Of a DNA stretch of 64,000 nucleotides, positions 11,001 through 20,302 are shown piece by piece. The notes under the pieces were generated by a model. That model was not told the DNA's origin, did no database searches, and saw only the letters and a list, made by a program, of their open reading frames with translations. This stretch comes from a virus: the IMG/VR virus record IMGVR_UViG_3300034093_002374, positions 3,814 to 67,813 of that record; one strand, given 5' to 3'. The position numbers and the translations under genes are program-made. Within the stretch, counting starts at the first letter, position 1; every line of letters starts with the position of its first letter.

Positions 11001-11824
11001 TTCTGCGTGGGCTTGGTGAATCAATCTTTGGTGCCGGTCAACTTACAGGTGGTAAGCGCGGTCATATGGAAGGTGCTACTTCAGGTTTGAGCAGTGCTCT
11101 TGGCAACGTAATGGGCAGCGGCGCTAAACCAGTAGCAGAACCTTTGGCTAATCTCGGCAACAAGTTTGTCGAAAGCACCTCGCAGCTCACTGGTGGTGTT
11201 AAAGTGCCGATGGAAACGCTTTCAGCTGGAATAGACTCTGAGATGCCGCTTCTTACTAAGGCTTTGACTGATATTAGTCCTAGCGGCGAAGGTGGTGGTC
11301 TTGCAGGGATGCTAGGCGGTCTGTTCGGTGGCGGAGGCGGTGGTAAAGGCGGTGGAGGTGGTCTGGGAAGTCTCTTCTCAGGCGGAGCCGGTATGTGGGG
11401 TGCCCTTGGTGGTATCTTCGGTTCACTTCTCGGAGGTATGTTTGCAGAGGGCGGTCTTATTGGCGGTCACGGCACAGGTACTTCTGACTCCATGATTATA
11501 GGCGCGTCAAAAGGCGAGTTTATGATCAACGCTGCAGCTACTCGTAAACACTATCCGCTTATTAAAGCAATTAACAACGGCAAGCTTTCTAAGATGATGC
11601 CGAAATTTGCTGAAGGCGGTCTTATAGCGCCGTCACTTATTGCAGCAATGCCTATGTCTACAATGGACGCCGCTGCTCGTGCAAACAGCCCAACTAAGGG
11701 CAATACGACAACTGTTAATCTCGGTATTACCGGCGACGTCAGTCGTCAAACAAAAGCGGAAATTTTCCGCATGCTGCCTGACATTACAAACGGTGTCAAC
11801 GCGGTCAACAGAGAGAGAGGCTAG
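2051..11824 (+). CDS. Tape measure protein
   Basis: 3257 aa; AAGGAG RBS; N-terminal tape-measure domain (QLNQGLSSGTLRGEELNSVLEQ), hydrophobic central segments, C-terminal FAEGG..GTGTSDS..SKGEFMIN motif. Confidence 0.93.
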   Translation: MSGVIIDVDTRAESSKKDLASLNRSLASLITGAGRAKGSLNGIRADGLSNLNKDVARSTAAMTRLGTSGQASMNQIAQGVRSVTNDIGLLKSGVFAAAAGFAALKAVGSLNAMSDDLTNVQNRLRLVTNGTYELMQAQREMLRLSNDTRSSVQGTTSLYVAFANAMSKAGVSQERLVAGVRVIQQAAAVSNMGVESTNAAITQLNQGLSSGTLRGEELNSVLEQMPYLGQQLAVQLKMTTGEMRNFAAEGKLTTDIVFKALEGMAARTDVAFRSTNASVAQGRAAFKQTIAYNIADLNAYLGISAAFARGLMTNAERFEGASDRMIQKVSLIRSSLKGYLNEIERSNVLTSTFKAALRFEFLPFSATEQFKQRKLIKAHVKTLQTLFNKNETVEVNANPTGLARVFGARRTDPAEEDPAESANKLRKRVRDIVDLSATMYEAFAVSVRNTARLLPRLYLPLNTYIDQLELFFVKSRVGVSAWVANTIRPASRGIEAFNEVLSVFATGDMRVERAWVNLFKSENLETFTANLAKLNTAREQLKLNDKAAFGRIELFRFDVANDSIERVLIQLGLMENRFRLKIPVAEITSKLKTVGSIIQRVYADVLAPKLEPAFRKLSIQIRTAANSLASGLRNTFTRNVGERLGRVVGEGFEDAFLYIFDSWEGFENVDFSEQLVTAVQKISAALAGPLTRLRDFISGFFKGLFDNQNVFDDVFDGFNSNPLEKMFNSISKTANDKLNAVQDRVKSFGTFIKDVFFDIWDKVVGHSYWPDMVDGVVDYTRNLSKALPSFDKLGDQVKDVFKGLKSSVRKGLDEVSDLPSQLYWNLFKNLAKAEGKYDFKFNLNPFEKASRDFLRMTLSLMVTAEYQLARVEERIYKFGSTVKDVFFDIWDKVVGHSYWPDMIDSVVDYTENLFKADTKIERFGESIKRTFSKALSEVAQLGRDSGGVFGKVVETLSNVNWNEALKKLSDNVGGAVLAGIFLAFGAPQMKLAAVSYLLSIFNVALNNTLGVIGPGLASIAGSIGGEFAGHLVEGFLRSANIVVNAIPAFIESFTTALLAGVPIIGDIVKLAFSWFPLVSNNLVLMAAGLAGLSAFFFADTRKSIVTALFGTPARIRKDGTVVTAAVMGLLPVMQSMLFGWVPKGAGQFVNNFFSGFRDKKFAIAGALALSSMLLESVTMVEALQVGVPLLGLALLGPEGGLRLAKDSTTIILSTIKAMGNLAAGAIKQHAPTRGFLAAIFGAGAVGLEALNGNDFGDEQKKVVTTAFGTLFKTLSEIPGNLARNGDAYGQNKMGLLAAMFTGPLEAPAAPIADVNGLIWDSVKGDENGLRYFTAKVAPIREQFSAAVNSVLDFAPDKSGRTLNNTFGVVFKSLLDQFNAFKLQMGEGGGWAKIGAAISSVFEITALSVRRSLGLMRDGLLALFTLLRNKFVLILLISGLFAGAAKAATDAGGAISELTSNFAGLVTTVLGAVVALKTLGIVFRTVKAFNTGKAAFELANPLQGGGTKAGLAAASTYLGDIGSSIVNGVSELINSPRTDLKSARRNAVANREMFDAGTYGPFRPGPVMYGPQRPRVAEQYGPRANNAHIYANLLRDSLADLSSAPSIQKLNTSFKLLGKTGTSSFKNVTGAMTGTLEAAAKGPGILGTLANGFFVLGSIGVASLRAMAVAAWSFVAPLLPLIGAVLAIGSVVGLLGVMLFGKGNTFFDKLAWAYDKIRAMLGLTQVTDQGRRSAIQDALKPREIDGVTYDFSATIERVDFEGMSNEMFGTVKTQAEETGKAIDELSEAYRRQGFISAKQRQELDDMYREQESLLGRQQQRPVRTISESLDDANAEISRLDNSLRARINRLFGQNRDQQTFVTTPTRRPETRLSAAIRANREGGGPIGRWWTSMPERERRVSSAIAQQRALNQQKLDRFTEYNSVRYFGATPTTARQSRASNVIADSKAALQPVESLISQDDTDNFTALIAQYRDAQTLANTFETTKFTGRFDGERETYEAYQVRKLAAIQEADLLERRLIIERQRLQEKGIKQLKITTFQAFLASSVTNIKDQLDIDFGEGGRDFVGTGEELREFNNAAKRVADLNAQIATTANSSQLAILNSKRLAEQARSQAEAERIKAEAFFSTSNEFLSGVTGDSAQSIGAMFAVNPEDFKAYKTVADDLADVNTQLANVPTNAPDAQAQIARLTDEALNLSNQLAQLGPKAFSIEAINAEFQKVNIPEVTLDQYLYFSPEHIRGLQGSFQAVEIATNEVQAALSKLGDDDVSLQRYIESLRKLRREIQNTQAVAAALTAADVRERIAERGSGAASARAVGDLTGIVTTARGLQNAERVVALSQELLDIRARLELYDVNETASADVDREITRDKTKEEQLVARLNALNAPLESGGGGTPRLLSDILGRLSEVGIAVDAVNFTRLAADARSSLSSIGVNLDIIAKRIEKAKPGDDISALLARRAELFNDARVKLLDTLYNTGAGLSAAFSRVGVADNAAIARLDPTDAAGLLALDRESENLRLQRDQVNTQEEFFAITRKMADLDRERLAYAARLDKTLEEQVSTINDVFNASLEAADVRFFGADMVSQLSGIAAGLQIELQRAVDGLTSRLGDSLEEAFSTFTAIQRRGQLVGLFREFETSLADALGRGARTGFERMSNLVEGITLDDYLQVDRSTRQALTQEDVALESLGNVLDSGALNDEMIRFINENFTNGNMSAVDTMRGLEAIPAFNEDVMSLFVTPMEALNDTTRQLVEATLDNVAALRGQSVERLDTPTSGDRVNELDTVIVNGVPVRRPSSNPVLSPTVTEVLDEDAYGRVERGVRSNAAARIAGAAGPNQRRLAIALAQLSGVRIEVETINLASRTQLDQLNQLGGDFAHYTEQMALAQKGITTALTIPELQTRINEIGLRMQDLGDYIEDAARRMAEAGRTLSDDVRSNLVDSVKAFAKGDMSLNDVVGSFLDTLTASIVDRFIEGLMDPLTGEGGLLDQLLRGLGESIFGAGQLTGGKRGHMEGATSGLSSALGNVMGSGAKPVAEPLANLGNKFVESTSQLTGGVKVPMETLSAGIDSEMPLLTKALTDISPSGEGGGLAGMLGGLFGGGGGGKGGGGGLGSLFSGGAGMWGALGGIFGSLLGGMFAEGGLIGGHGTGTSDSMIIGASKGEFMINAAATRKHYPLIKAINNGKLSKMMPKFAEGGLIAPSLIAAMPMSTMDAAARANSPTKGNTTTVNLGITGDVSRQTKAEIFRMLPDITNGVNAVNRERG
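4313..4779 (+). repeat. ~77-bp direct repeat inside TMP (4313-4389, 4703-4779)
   Basis: Both encode VFFDIWDKVVGHSYWPDMxDxVVDYT; offset 390 nt. Confidence 0.9.
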
Positions 11825-11828
11825 TTAA

Positions 11829-12419
11829 ATGACTTATGGTATCTATGAAGGCGAGACGCTGGTCGCGCGCTTTGTGGCTCCGGCCACGGTGCGTTCGAAC
11901 CGTCCGATTTTCGCCTCAGATACCCTCTCGTTGAAGAGGAAAGTAAGTGGACGAGGGGCTCAGCGTTGGGAGATTGAAGCCAATCTTGAGCCCCTTACCA
12001 CCGATGCGAACGCCTTGTTCGTTAACCTCGTCACGAAAGGGGAATCTGAAACGGTGACCGTTCGTGTCCCGCAAAACTATGGAGTAATCTTTAAGAGAAC
12101 TTCGACGAGTGTTCCGTCTGGAACAGGCGCTGCAGGTGCAACGACTGTAGTTGTTATCAATAACAGTGGGTTGATCCCGCTAGGTACGTTCATTCGATTT
12201 GCATCACACAGCAAAATTTACATGCTGACAGAAGACCTTCGCAACAATGGCGAGATGCACATTTTCCCGCCGCTCCGACAGAGTGTTAACGCAACATTCA
12301 CGCACCGTGATGACGTAATTATGCCTTGTAAGTATGACACTGATACAGTAAAAGGCATGGTCTACACGGACGGTATTATGATGGACGTCGGAACCGTCAA
12401 ACTTATAGAGGATCTTTAA
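11829..12419 (+). CDS. Distal tail protein (T5 pb9-like)
   Basis: 196 aa directly after TMP; AQRWEIE..L.P and GTFIRFASHSKIYM..IFPPLR patterns. Confidence 0.65.
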   Translation: MTYGIYEGETLVARFVAPATVRSNRPIFASDTLSLKRKVSGRGAQRWEIEANLEPLTTDANALFVNLVTKGESETVTVRVPQNYGVIFKRTSTSVPSGTGAAGATTVVVINNSGLIPLGTFIRFASHSKIYMLTEDLRNNGEMHIFPPLRQSVNATFTHRDDVIMPCKYDTDTVKGMVYTDGIMMDVGTVKLIEDL

Positions 12420-13010
12420 ATGCGACAACTCAGCGCAAATATAACTGCTCTATTAGAATCTGATGAAACTGTTGAAATGTTTCAAATGGTTCGCATCACG
12501 GACAGAGTAGGTGCTGTGATTTATGCTGACACTACACACTATGCACCGGTTACACTTAGTAACGGTTCTGTACACCCGGCAACGGGTAGTCTAGTCAGTG
12601 TTGATCCACCACAACAAAGCACGACAGTCGATCGAGAACAATATCAAATTACTATTGCCGACCCTGAGTTTATTCTAGGAGGCCTAGCTGAAGCAAACCT
12701 TGTCGGTAAGCGTTTGGAAAGTCGTGTTGGCTTTATTAATCCTGCAACCGGGACGCCCTTCACAAATGTCAACGACACATTTCTTACGTATAAAGGTGCA
12801 GTAAACAGCGGTGCTTACAAGGTCACTCTTGAAGAATTCGGTGAGGCACTTTTTCAAATCACCGGTGTAAGCCCAATTCTTAGTCTTGAAACGCGACGCG
12901 GTATTTATCTCAGCCGTGACGCAGTTAGACAACGCAATCCTGCAGATTCCTGCTGTGATAAAATATTTGAAGGGTCTGGCTCGGCGACTCTCAAGTGGGG
13001 GAAAGTCTGA
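12420..13010 (+). CDS. Minor tail/baseplate hub protein
   Basis: 196 aa between Dit and tail tip, ends in LKWGK as in many such proteins. Confidence 0.55.
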   Translation: MRQLSANITALLESDETVEMFQMVRITDRVGAVIYADTTHYAPVTLSNGSVHPATGSLVSVDPPQQSTTVDREQYQITIADPEFILGGLAEANLVGKRLESRVGFINPATGTPFTNVNDTFLTYKGAVNSGAYKVTLEEFGEALFQITGVSPILSLETRRGIYLSRDAVRQRNPADSCCDKIFEGSGSATLKWGKV

Positions 13011-16000
13011 TGTTGCTTCTTGCAGTTGCTAGCTTTGTCATTTCGGCAGTCAGCGCGGCTTATCAAGTCATTCAAGCCAAAAAGATGCAAGAAGCTGCTG
13101 ATGCAGCCGCTGAAGCACGTCGTGGTTTTGAGATTGTCACTGAAGGTGAAGGCGGTGACCTTGCTCTAATTTACGGAAGAGCGCTCGTTGGTGGCAAGCG
13201 TACTTGGCATGCTACAAGCAGTGTCTTTAAACACGTAACATCTAACGCTGACAAAGTCCTTCAAACCGGCGCAACAAACGTTCCAGGAACAACGTTTGAG
13301 TACGATTACTGGACAAACTCGCCAAGTCCTTCACGACCCGCTACGACAGGTACAGGACTTCTAAGTGTACCCGGTTCAAGCAACGGTTATTTGAACAGTA
13401 ATCAAGAAGGTAAAGCAAACGAGTATCTTTACTTTCAGCAAGCATTGTGTGTAGGTCCTATTCACGCAATCCATGACGTTGTTGTTGACGGCTCTCGCTA
13501 TATTGACGATCCTGCACTAGGCACTTATGGCCGTAGTGAATCAGACAATACAACACGCGTTAAAGCCGCGATGCGGATCGACTGCCACTACGGTAACACT
13601 GCTGTAGCTGACGCTATCGCTACGGCTAACTTTGTTGAGCGCTCTACCGCTGTGTTTCAAGACATGGCTTGGGTCAGTACTGTTACGCGTATTGACAGAG
13701 ACGACCCTCAACATAACGCAACACCAAATCTTCAGTTTCTCATTGAAGGTCGCAAAGTACCTGACGTTGTGTCTGGTGCGTTTGTTGCTACCAGAACTTA
13801 CAGCAACAACGGCGCGCGTTGTCTTCTAGACTACCTGCTTGATGACGTTGTAGGCGCAGGTATTGCTCTTGATGAAATCGAGCTTTCGTCTTTTGAAAAC
13901 GGCAAAGCTGTATGCGCAACGATCGTTCAAAACGCTGTTACTGTGGGTGGTAAAATCTACCAGCCAACCGACTTGTCTAGAAACGTTACGCTTGTTGACT
14001 TGCCATTGTATGAATGTAATATCGTTCTTGACCCTCGAAAGCCTATTCGAGAAAACATTGAAGCGATCCTGGCAACGATGGGTGATGCACGCCTGGTTTG
14101 GTCTGCCGGTAAATACAGCTTAAATATACAGTATCCAGAAACTGCTGAAGACATCATTATTGCTGAAACAGTCACTGACGAAAACCTTGTTGACGGGCAG
14201 ACAATCGACATTACGTGGCCCACGGCTTCTGAGCGTTTGAATAACTGCACTGTTCGCTTTAAGAATGAATTCGAAGGCTTCAAAGACGATAGTGTCAGCT
14301 GGCCTCCTAAAGTGACGAGCAGCTATTGGAGAGGTGTTGGCGGTACGACGTATGGCCTTCCTACTGATTCCTGGGATGATGCGCGTGTTGGCGGTCGTCT
14401 TCTCAACTCGTACGGTGTTTGGAGTGGTGATGTAGACTCTATTTCACTTACGTATAAGTTTAGGGTACCTGCAGCGCAAGCTGGTACGTATAACGTAACG
14501 TTTACAGCTGATGATTACGGCTCTATTACAATTTTTGAGACGAATCGCCCTGACGGCGCTCCTGACGTGCAAGTCTTTAATAGAGGCGCTTCGGATTGGC
14601 GTTCTGTTGTTACCGCCTCTTGTGACCTTGGTGGTGCGGGTGGTGATAAAGTGTACCGTGCTGTTCTTGCAGCCACAAACACCGGTGGTAAACGAGGTCT
14701 TGCTGCCAAGATTGAAAACGCCAGCACTGTTCTTTGGACAACTCGCGACCCAACGTACTCTAGTTTTGTACAAGTGACTTACGACAGCGCGGTCTATGAT
14801 GCGATGTTCCTTGAAGACGGGAACCTCGACCTACCGAGTGAAATTTTTGCGGAAGGTATTACAGATCCTTATCACGCGCTAGCTAAAGCAGAAGAATTGG
14901 TGAGAACTTCTCGATCTGCTTTCACAATGAAGTTCAAGTATCAGACAACTGATGTTTTGTCTGAGCCAGGTGACTTTGTACGTTTTTCTAGTGAAACTCT
15001 TAAATTGGGTGTTGATACACCGCTTTACTTGCGAGTATCGAGTGTCAAGCTAGACGAAAAACGTGTCTGTGAGATGACTGCTAGTAGATTTGATGTCAGT
15101 CAACTTGCTTGGAACGTTAAAGATGATGTCAGCATCACTGTACCGTCACTGTACGAGACACGTCTTGTTGAACCATCAGACATTGAATACGCACCACCCG
15201 GTGATTCAGTGTCAGATTCTTCTGGTAGTCTTTCATGGGGTGCTGTGCCTGGGTCATCTGTCGCAGGTTATGTTATTTACATGCATAATCCTGGTGTTGA
15301 CGGTGTTGACGACGAAGGCCAGCTTGTTTTTAATGAGATAGGTCGCTCTATAGTACCTTTCTTCCCGCTACCGCCTATCAACGCAGCTTCAGCCGCTTTC
15401 GGTGTAAGGACACTCGGTATCGGTGGTCGTAAGTCTGTTATGACCGTTATTTCGAGAACGTTAGCCACAACGCTAGTTCATAACTGGCTTCGTGGCGTTT
15501 ATATCGGTCTTAGCGATTACGAGTTTGTTAGAGATAAAGACACGCTGCTAGTTGGACCGGCATCAATTATTGCAACTGCTGTTGCCGTTAATTTTGTGTC
15601 ACCGACTTATAAATGGTACGTCAATGACGTGCTTCAATCGGGCCAGACAGCGTCTACATTTACGCTTAATTCTTTTGACAATGTGCGCTCAAAAACTGTT
15701 AAAGTTGTTGTAGATGAAGGTGGTGAAGGTCGGATATATGAAGTAAGCTCTCTTATTACTTATCGTGAAGAAGCCGTTCCCGGTGTTCCTGGTCCGCCGG
15801 GTGCTGATGGTGTCACGTTGTATACATGGATTGCTTACGCCGACAACGAAACTGGAACAAGTAATTTTACTACAGGCACACCCGGTACACGCGCTTATAT
15901 TGGCATTGCTAATAACAAAACAACACCGACTGAAAGTACGACGGCTAGTGACTACACTTGGTCGTTGATAAGGGGTGCCGATGGTGTTCCTGGCACACCG

Positions 16001-17968
16001 GGTATTAATGGCGCGCCTACTTATACGTGGTTTGCTTACGCTGACAATGCTGATGGGACAATTAACTTCACCACAGGTGTACCTGCTAATAGATATTATA
16101 TTGGTATTGCGCCTAATCAATTGTCACCAACTGAAAGCACAGACCCGGCACAATATACGTGGTCATTAATGCGTGGAGCTAACGGAGCTGATGGTGTACC
16201 GGGTGCACCGGGCGTAGCAGGGGCAACTCTTTATACGTGGATTGCTTACGCTGACAATGTTGACGGCACAATTGGTTTTACTACAGGCACACCCGGTAGC
16301 AGAGCTTATATTGGCATTGCTAATAACAAAACAACACCGACTGAAGGCACAACAGCTAGCGATTATACTTGGTCGCTTATTAGAGGTGCTGACGGAGCGA
16401 CAGGCACTCAAGGTGTGCCCGGTACGCCTGGTGCTGACGGTGTAGCAACTTATACTTGGTTTGCTTACGCTAATAGTTCAGATGGCCTTACCGATTTTAC
16501 TACTGGTGCACCCGGTGATAGATACTACATTGGTATTGCACCTAATCAATTGTCACCAACCGAAAGCACAAACCCGGTTGCTTATAACTGGTCTTTGATT
16601 AGAGGTAGTGACGGTTCTCCTGGATCTCCCGGTGACCCTGGACCGCCCGGTACAGATGGCGATGATGGTGTAAGTCCGGTTGTTGCTTATTTAACAAACG
16701 AAGCCCATGTTGTTGCAGCAGACGCGTCTGGTACAGTTTTGTCTTTTACTGGCGCAAGCGGTAATATGTTAGTATATGAAGGTGTGACAAATGTAACCGC
16801 ATCTTCTACGTTTGCTATAGCATCATCTTTAAATGTTACTGCATCAATAAATTCTACAACTGGTGCTTATGCGGTTTCTGCGATGTCTGCAGACACTGGA
16901 ACAGTAACATTTCGTGCTTCTTACGCCGGTCAAATTCGTGATGTTGTTTTCTCTATTTCAAAATCAAGAGCAGGTGGTGTAGGCCCTACAGGCCCCACAG
17001 GACCAACAGGTCCTACAGGTCCAGCGGTTTATACATGGATTGCTTACGCTAACAGCGAAGACGGTGTTACTGATTTTACAACGGGAACACCGGGTAGTCG
17101 TTCTTATATTGGTATTGTTTCCGGACAAAGTGATCCAATCGAAGGTACAAATCCGGCAGCATACAACTGGTCTTTGATAGTTGGACCAACAGGACCAACG
17201 GGGCCAACAGGACCAATAGGACCGGTGGGTCCGGCAGGTAGTGACGCTGACGTTACTGAACTTGTTTCTGATCTTCTTGATGGTACAATTAAACCTCTTG
17301 AAATTCAAGATATGGGTTTGTTGGCTAAATCAAGCCTGACACCTGCACAAGTACAAGGACGTTTCTTAGGTTCTTTTGAAGGTGATACAGCAGCAAACAC
17401 TGCCGGTCTTCAAGACGGTGATATCTATTTTGATACAACGTATTTTCCTGCTGGACTACGAACTAAAGCTGGTGGTGTAATTACAGAGCTTAACACTTCT
17501 GGAACAAAATCTGTAAAAGTAACACAAGCTGACGTGATGTCTACAAGTAGCGCTGTCATAGCTCAGTTAACAATTGACGACATAGCGCCTGGAAGTACTG
17601 TCAAAATATGGGCGGTGCTTAACTTAGAAACAACGCCTTTGCCAACTACACAGGGTGCAGGAAGTCAATACCCATCAGGAATTTATACACTAAATATGGT
17701 ATCATTTGTTGTAAGTCGTGTTTTAGGTACAGGGACTTGGTCAGCATCACCCTTCTTTGGTGGAGGGACAGGAGCTACTCTTGATGAAATCACAGTAGAT
17801 ACTTATTCTGCTGCAGCATCTTCAACAAATGTTAGCGGAGAAGCAGTAGTGCCTGAAGGTGGTCTCAGAACTTTTAATATAGCAATGTATTTAGATAGTG
17901 GTGCTAGACCAATGATAAACTTTGGTGTATCGTTGTTTGTAAGAGTGCAGCGGACGATCGTCGAGTAA
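13010..17968 (+). CDS. Tail tip/central fibre host-specificity protein with collagen-like and YTWIAYA repeats
   Basis: [31 protein letters not shown] gpJ/pb3-like hub motifs; Gly-X-Y tracts; start at ATG 13010 (TGATG overlap) or GTG 12995. Confidence 0.85.
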   Translation: MLLLAVASFVISAVSAAYQVIQAKKMQEAADAAAEARRGFEIVTEGEGGDLALIYGRALVGGKRTWHATSSVFKHVTSNADKVLQTGATNVPGTTFEYDYWTNSPSPSRPATTGTGLLSVPGSSNGYLNSNQEGKANEYLYFQQALCVGPIHAIHDVVVDGSRYIDDPALGTYGRSESDNTTRVKAAMRIDCHYGNTAVADAIATANFVERSTAVFQDMAWVSTVTRIDRDDPQHNATPNLQFLIEGRKVPDVVSGAFVATRTYSNNGARCLLDYLLDDVVGAGIALDEIELSSFENGKAVCATIVQNAVTVGGKIYQPTDLSRNVTLVDLPLYECNIVLDPRKPIRENIEAILATMGDARLVWSAGKYSLNIQYPETAEDIIIAETVTDENLVDGQTIDITWPTASERLNNCTVRFKNEFEGFKDDSVSWPPKVTSSYWRGVGGTTYGLPTDSWDDARVGGRLLNSYGVWSGDVDSISLTYKFRVPAAQAGTYNVTFTADDYGSITIFETNRPDGAPDVQVFNRGASDWRSVVTASCDLGGAGGDKVYRAVLAATNTGGKRGLAAKIENASTVLWTTRDPTYSSFVQVTYDSAVYDAMFLEDGNLDLPSEIFAEGITDPYHALAKAEELVRTSRSAFTMKFKYQTTDVLSEPGDFVRFSSETLKLGVDTPLYLRVSSVKLDEKRVCEMTASRFDVSQLAWNVKDDVSITVPSLYETRLVEPSDIEYAPPGDSVSDSSGSLSWGAVPGSSVAGYVIYMHNPGVDGVDDEGQLVFNEIGRSIVPFFPLPPINAASAAFGVRTLGIGGRKSVMTVISRTLATTLVHNWLRGVYIGLSDYEFVRDKDTLLVGPASIIATAVAVNFVSPTYKWYVNDVLQSGQTASTFTLNSFDNVRSKTVKVVVDEGGEGRIYEVSSLITYREEAVPGVPGPPGADGVTLYTWIAYADNETGTSNFTTGTPGTRAYIGIANNKTTPTESTTASDYTWSLIRGADGVPGTPGINGAPTYTWFAYADNADGTINFTTGVPANRYYIGIAPNQLSPTESTDPAQYTWSLMRGANGADGVPGAPGVAGATLYTWIAYADNVDGTIGFTTGTPGSRAYIGIANNKTTPTEGTTASDYTWSLIRGADGATGTQGVPGTPGADGVATYTWFAYANSSDGLTDFTTGAPGDRYYIGIAPNQLSPTESTNPVAYNWSLIRGSDGSPGSPGDPGPPGTDGDDGVSPVVAYLTNEAHVVAADASGTVLSFTGASGNMLVYEGVTNVTASSTFAIASSLNVTASINSTTGAYAVSAMSADTGTVTFRASYAGQIRDVVFSISKSRAGGVGPTGPTGPTGPTGPAVYTWIAYANSEDGVTDFTTGTPGSRSYIGIVSGQSDPIEGTNPAAYNWSLIVGPTGPTGPTGPIGPVGPAGSDADVTELVSDLLDGTIKPLEIQDMGLLAKSSLTPAQVQGRFLGSFEGDTAANTAGLQDGDIYFDTTYFPAGLRTKAGGVITELNTSGTKSVKVTQADVMSTSSAVIAQLTIDDIAPGSTVKIWAVLNLETTPLPTTQGAGSQYPSGIYTLNMVSFVVSRVLGTGTWSASPFFGGGTGATLDEITVDTYSAAASSTNVSGEAVVPEGGLRTFNIAMYLDSGARPMINFGVSLFVRVQRTIVE

Positions 17969-18142
17969 GCACGCCTTCTCAAAAATCACGTCGTCTACTA
18001 GTGGTCAACCACGCCTCGCAAGCGAAACGGACGCCGGATACCCGCCATGATCGGCGAGGACGGCGTCCGTCAGCGGGCCGCGTTATCGCGCGTATTTAGG
18101 ACGAAATTCACACCAAGGTAGGTGCGCCGTTGAGGTTGAGCT

Positions 18143-18162
18143 GACCCCGTTAGATTAACCCT
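18143..18162 (+). promoter_or_regulatory. Motif A copy 1 (GACCCCGTTAGATTAACCCT)
   Basis: One of four intergenic near-identical 20-mers; upstream of holin. Confidence 0.65.
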
Positions 18163-18246
18163 TAGTCGCCCCTCCCTTTATTATCCCTTTCATAAACTGA
18201 TGAAGGGGTAGAGTTGTTTTCATAAATCAACATAAAGGAAAACCTC

Positions 18247-18777
18247 ATGTTGGAAGGTCTTGTAGCCTCCCTCGCGAGCAAGGGTCTCGGTCTACTCGCT
18301 GGCGCTGTTGCTAAGCGAGGGACAGACTTCATTAAAGAAAAGACAGGTATTGATTTGTCAGCAACAGCTGAAGTCACAGATGACGAAGCCTCAATGTTGC
18401 GTGAGTTTCAGGAAACTAACCAAGTCGAAATCTTGGCGTATCTTACAGCAAAAGATCAAACAAATCTTGAAAGAGAGCGACTGACGTTTACTGATACGTC
18501 GAACGCCAGAGCAATGCAGATCGCGGCGCTGGGTTCTACAAGCAGCTTCGGTAAGTTGTTCGTTTACATCATGGCTTCGTATCTGTTGGTTGTGTCAACG
18601 GTTTACGTTGGTTACATTACCTTCGGTACAATTCCGGAAGCTAACGTTCGGTTTGCTGACGTCATTCTTGGTTTCTTACTCGGTACTGTAATTTCTTCTG
18701 TCATTAACTTTTTCCTTGGCTCTTCGCGTTCAGCGCAGACCAAAGACGATACTATTGCGAGAGCTCTGCATGGATGA
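18247..18777 (+). CDS. Holin-like membrane protein
   Basis: AAGGA RBS; two C-terminal hydrophobic helices ending FFLGSSRS; overlaps endolysin. Confidence 0.7.
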   Translation: MLEGLVASLASKGLGLLAGAVAKRGTDFIKEKTGIDLSATAEVTDDEASMLREFQETNQVEILAYLTAKDQTNLERERLTFTDTSNARAMQIAALGSTSSFGKLFVYIMASYLLVVSTVYVGYITFGTIPEANVRFADVILGFLLGTVISSVINFFLGSSRSAQTKDDTIARALHG

Positions 18778-19423
18778 GTTTAACTACGACGAGAGCAACT
18801 TGTTTGTTGCTATTCGTGAGCTTCTCGGTCGCGGTTTGACGAGTGACGAAGTTCGCAAGGTGCAGTCGGCTCGTGTTCGTGACGCCGTTGCTCAAGTGAC
18901 AACCGCCGTCGTCTCAGGGCAAAACGGTGCAACGGTCGGTATGCAACCGTCACAACGAATTATTGACTTCCTTCACGAGTTTGAAACGCTTCAGTTGGTG
19001 CCTTATAAAGACCCCGGCTCAGCAAACGGTCTCCCCATCACGTGTGGTTGGGGTTCGACGACGCACCTGGACGGTCGCAAGATTCAACTCGGTGAAGCAC
19101 CCTGGACAAAAGAGTACGCGGACCAAGTTTTCAACAAGGATCTTCGTGCCTTTACTGCGGGTCTTAACCTTCTCATCGGTAAGTCAAAAACGTCCCAAGG
19201 ACAGTTCGACGCCATGTTTAGCTTCGCTTACAATTGTGGACTGGACATCGATGAGGACACGAAAGCAGAGGGTCTCGGTGACAGTACGTTGCTGAGAAAA
19301 CATCTGGCAGGTGACTACGCGGGCGCAGCCGCTCAATTCGCAAGCTGGAATAAAAACGACGGGAAGGTTCTTAACGGACTGACGCGTCGTCGCGCTAGAG
19401 AAGCTGAAATTTACGCTTCTTAA
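18770..19423 (+). CDS. Endolysin (GH24 lysozyme)
   Basis: HEFE..LVPYKD...ITCGWG catalytic region, QFDAMFSFAYNCG, STLLRK, GLTRRRARE. Confidence 0.9.
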   Translation: MDEFNYDESNLFVAIRELLGRGLTSDEVRKVQSARVRDAVAQVTTAVVSGQNGATVGMQPSQRIIDFLHEFETLQLVPYKDPGSANGLPITCGWGSTTHLDGRKIQLGEAPWTKEYADQVFNKDLRAFTAGLNLLIGKSKTSQGQFDAMFSFAYNCGLDIDEDTKAEGLGDSTLLRKHLAGDYAGAAAQFASWNKNDGKVLNGLTRRRAREAEIYAS

Positions 19424-19428
19424 ACCTA

Positions 19429-19458
19429 ACGGACCTGAGTATGTCGTAAAACTGCTCA
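19429..19458 (+). ncRNA. Mini H-type pseudoknot motif, copy 1
   Basis: GGAC-CTGAGTAT-GTC-GTAAAAC-TGCTCA; loop TGAGTA pairs with TGCTCA. Confidence 0.55.
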
Positions 19459-19466
19459 CTAAAATT

Positions 19467-19495
19467 TGCGCAAATACCGGTATCTTATATGAAAG
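19467..19495 (+). promoter_or_regulatory. Motif B copy 1 (candidate promoter)
   Basis: TGCGCAAATACCGGTATCTTATATGAAAG, 23/29 identical to 42251-42279. Confidence 0.6.
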
Positions 19496-19549
19496 ACCAC
19501 CTAGGTTTTTAATCTGTTAACCTCAAGTGAGAATCAAAGGAACTATCTC

Positions 19550-19927
19550 ATGAAAAATCAATTTTGCGTTTTTATACAGCGCTTACAGTTGTTTTCGCTT
19601 AAAGTCGAGCACACACTGACTCACGCGTCTGCAACGATCCAAGAGGTTTTTTCTTCTTGGGCCGAAGACAGACGTTACGCACTCGCAAAGATTCACTACA
19701 GCGAACGCACTGAGTCGATCAAAGATCGAGAGTTTTACTATGACCGTGTGTCACAAGCTATGCTGCAAGGTAGTCGCGATGCGCACCGTCGCTGTGAAGC
19801 TCTTGAGCGTATGATTGCTGTCGTGTCTTCACAAGTCATTGATGGTGTTCATACGTCGACATTTGAAGAAGATCTTCGTCGCTATTATGATGAGGCTCTT
19901 CCCGAACCGTCTTGCTACGAAAACTAA
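19550..19927 (+). CDS. Hypothetical early protein
   Basis: 125 aa, AAGGA RBS. Confidence 0.7.
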   Translation: MKNQFCVFIQRLQLFSLKVEHTLTHASATIQEVFSSWAEDRRYALAKIHYSERTESIKDREFYYDRVSQAMLQGSRDAHRRCEALERMIAVVSSQVIDGVHTSTFEEDLRRYYDEALPEPSCYEN

Positions 19928-19958
19928 CTTAACAACCCAACTTAAAGGAGACTTCCAA

Positions 19959-20162
19959 ATGGAAGAACTTGCTAACTTCTTCGTGCTCGCCCTCGTCTGG
20001 TTTGCCAAGGCGATTATCTTCGTGCTGTTTTACGTTATGTTTATCGGCGTGTTCCTCGGTCTGTTCAAACTGGCGCTGCGTATGGGTGCCGCTCTCGCAA
20101 GATACCTCGCACGTTCTCAAGAAGACGTGATTGAAGGCCAGTGGAAAGAAGTTAAATCATGA
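19959..20162 (+). CDS. Small membrane protein
   Basis: AAGGAG RBS; MEELANFFVLALVWFAKAIIFVLFYVMFIGVFLGLFK hydrophobic stretch. Confidence 0.75.
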   Translation: MEELANFFVLALVWFAKAIIFVLFYVMFIGVFLGLFKLALRMGAALARYLARSQEDVIEGQWKEVKS

Positions 20163-20302
20163 TGACAGTTTTTGTGATCTTTTTTACCCTGTCTGCAATC
20201 TCTTTTCTTTTGACGAGTATTGGTTTTCTTCTCGTCAGAACTGCAAGCGAGATTGCGCGCGAGGAGGACCCTCTTGCAAAAGTCAAACGAACAAAAAAGT
20301 AA
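20159..20302 (+). CDS. Small membrane protein (47 aa, not in ORF track)
   Basis: ATGA overlap; MMTVFVIFFTLSAISFLLTSIGFLLVR...KRTKK*. Confidence 0.6.
   Translation: MMTVFVIFFTLSAISFLLTSIGFLLVRTASEIAREEDPLAKVKRTKK

Noticed and set aside
12996-13005. GGGGGAAAG at the hub/tail tip junction as a second frameshift
   Set aside because: In the hub frame it reads G GGG AAA, not X XXY YYZ; TGATG coupling explains the junction
18183-18242. CTGATGA suggesting a hammerhead core
   Set aside because: It lies in a simple hairpin; no correctly placed stems and GAAA
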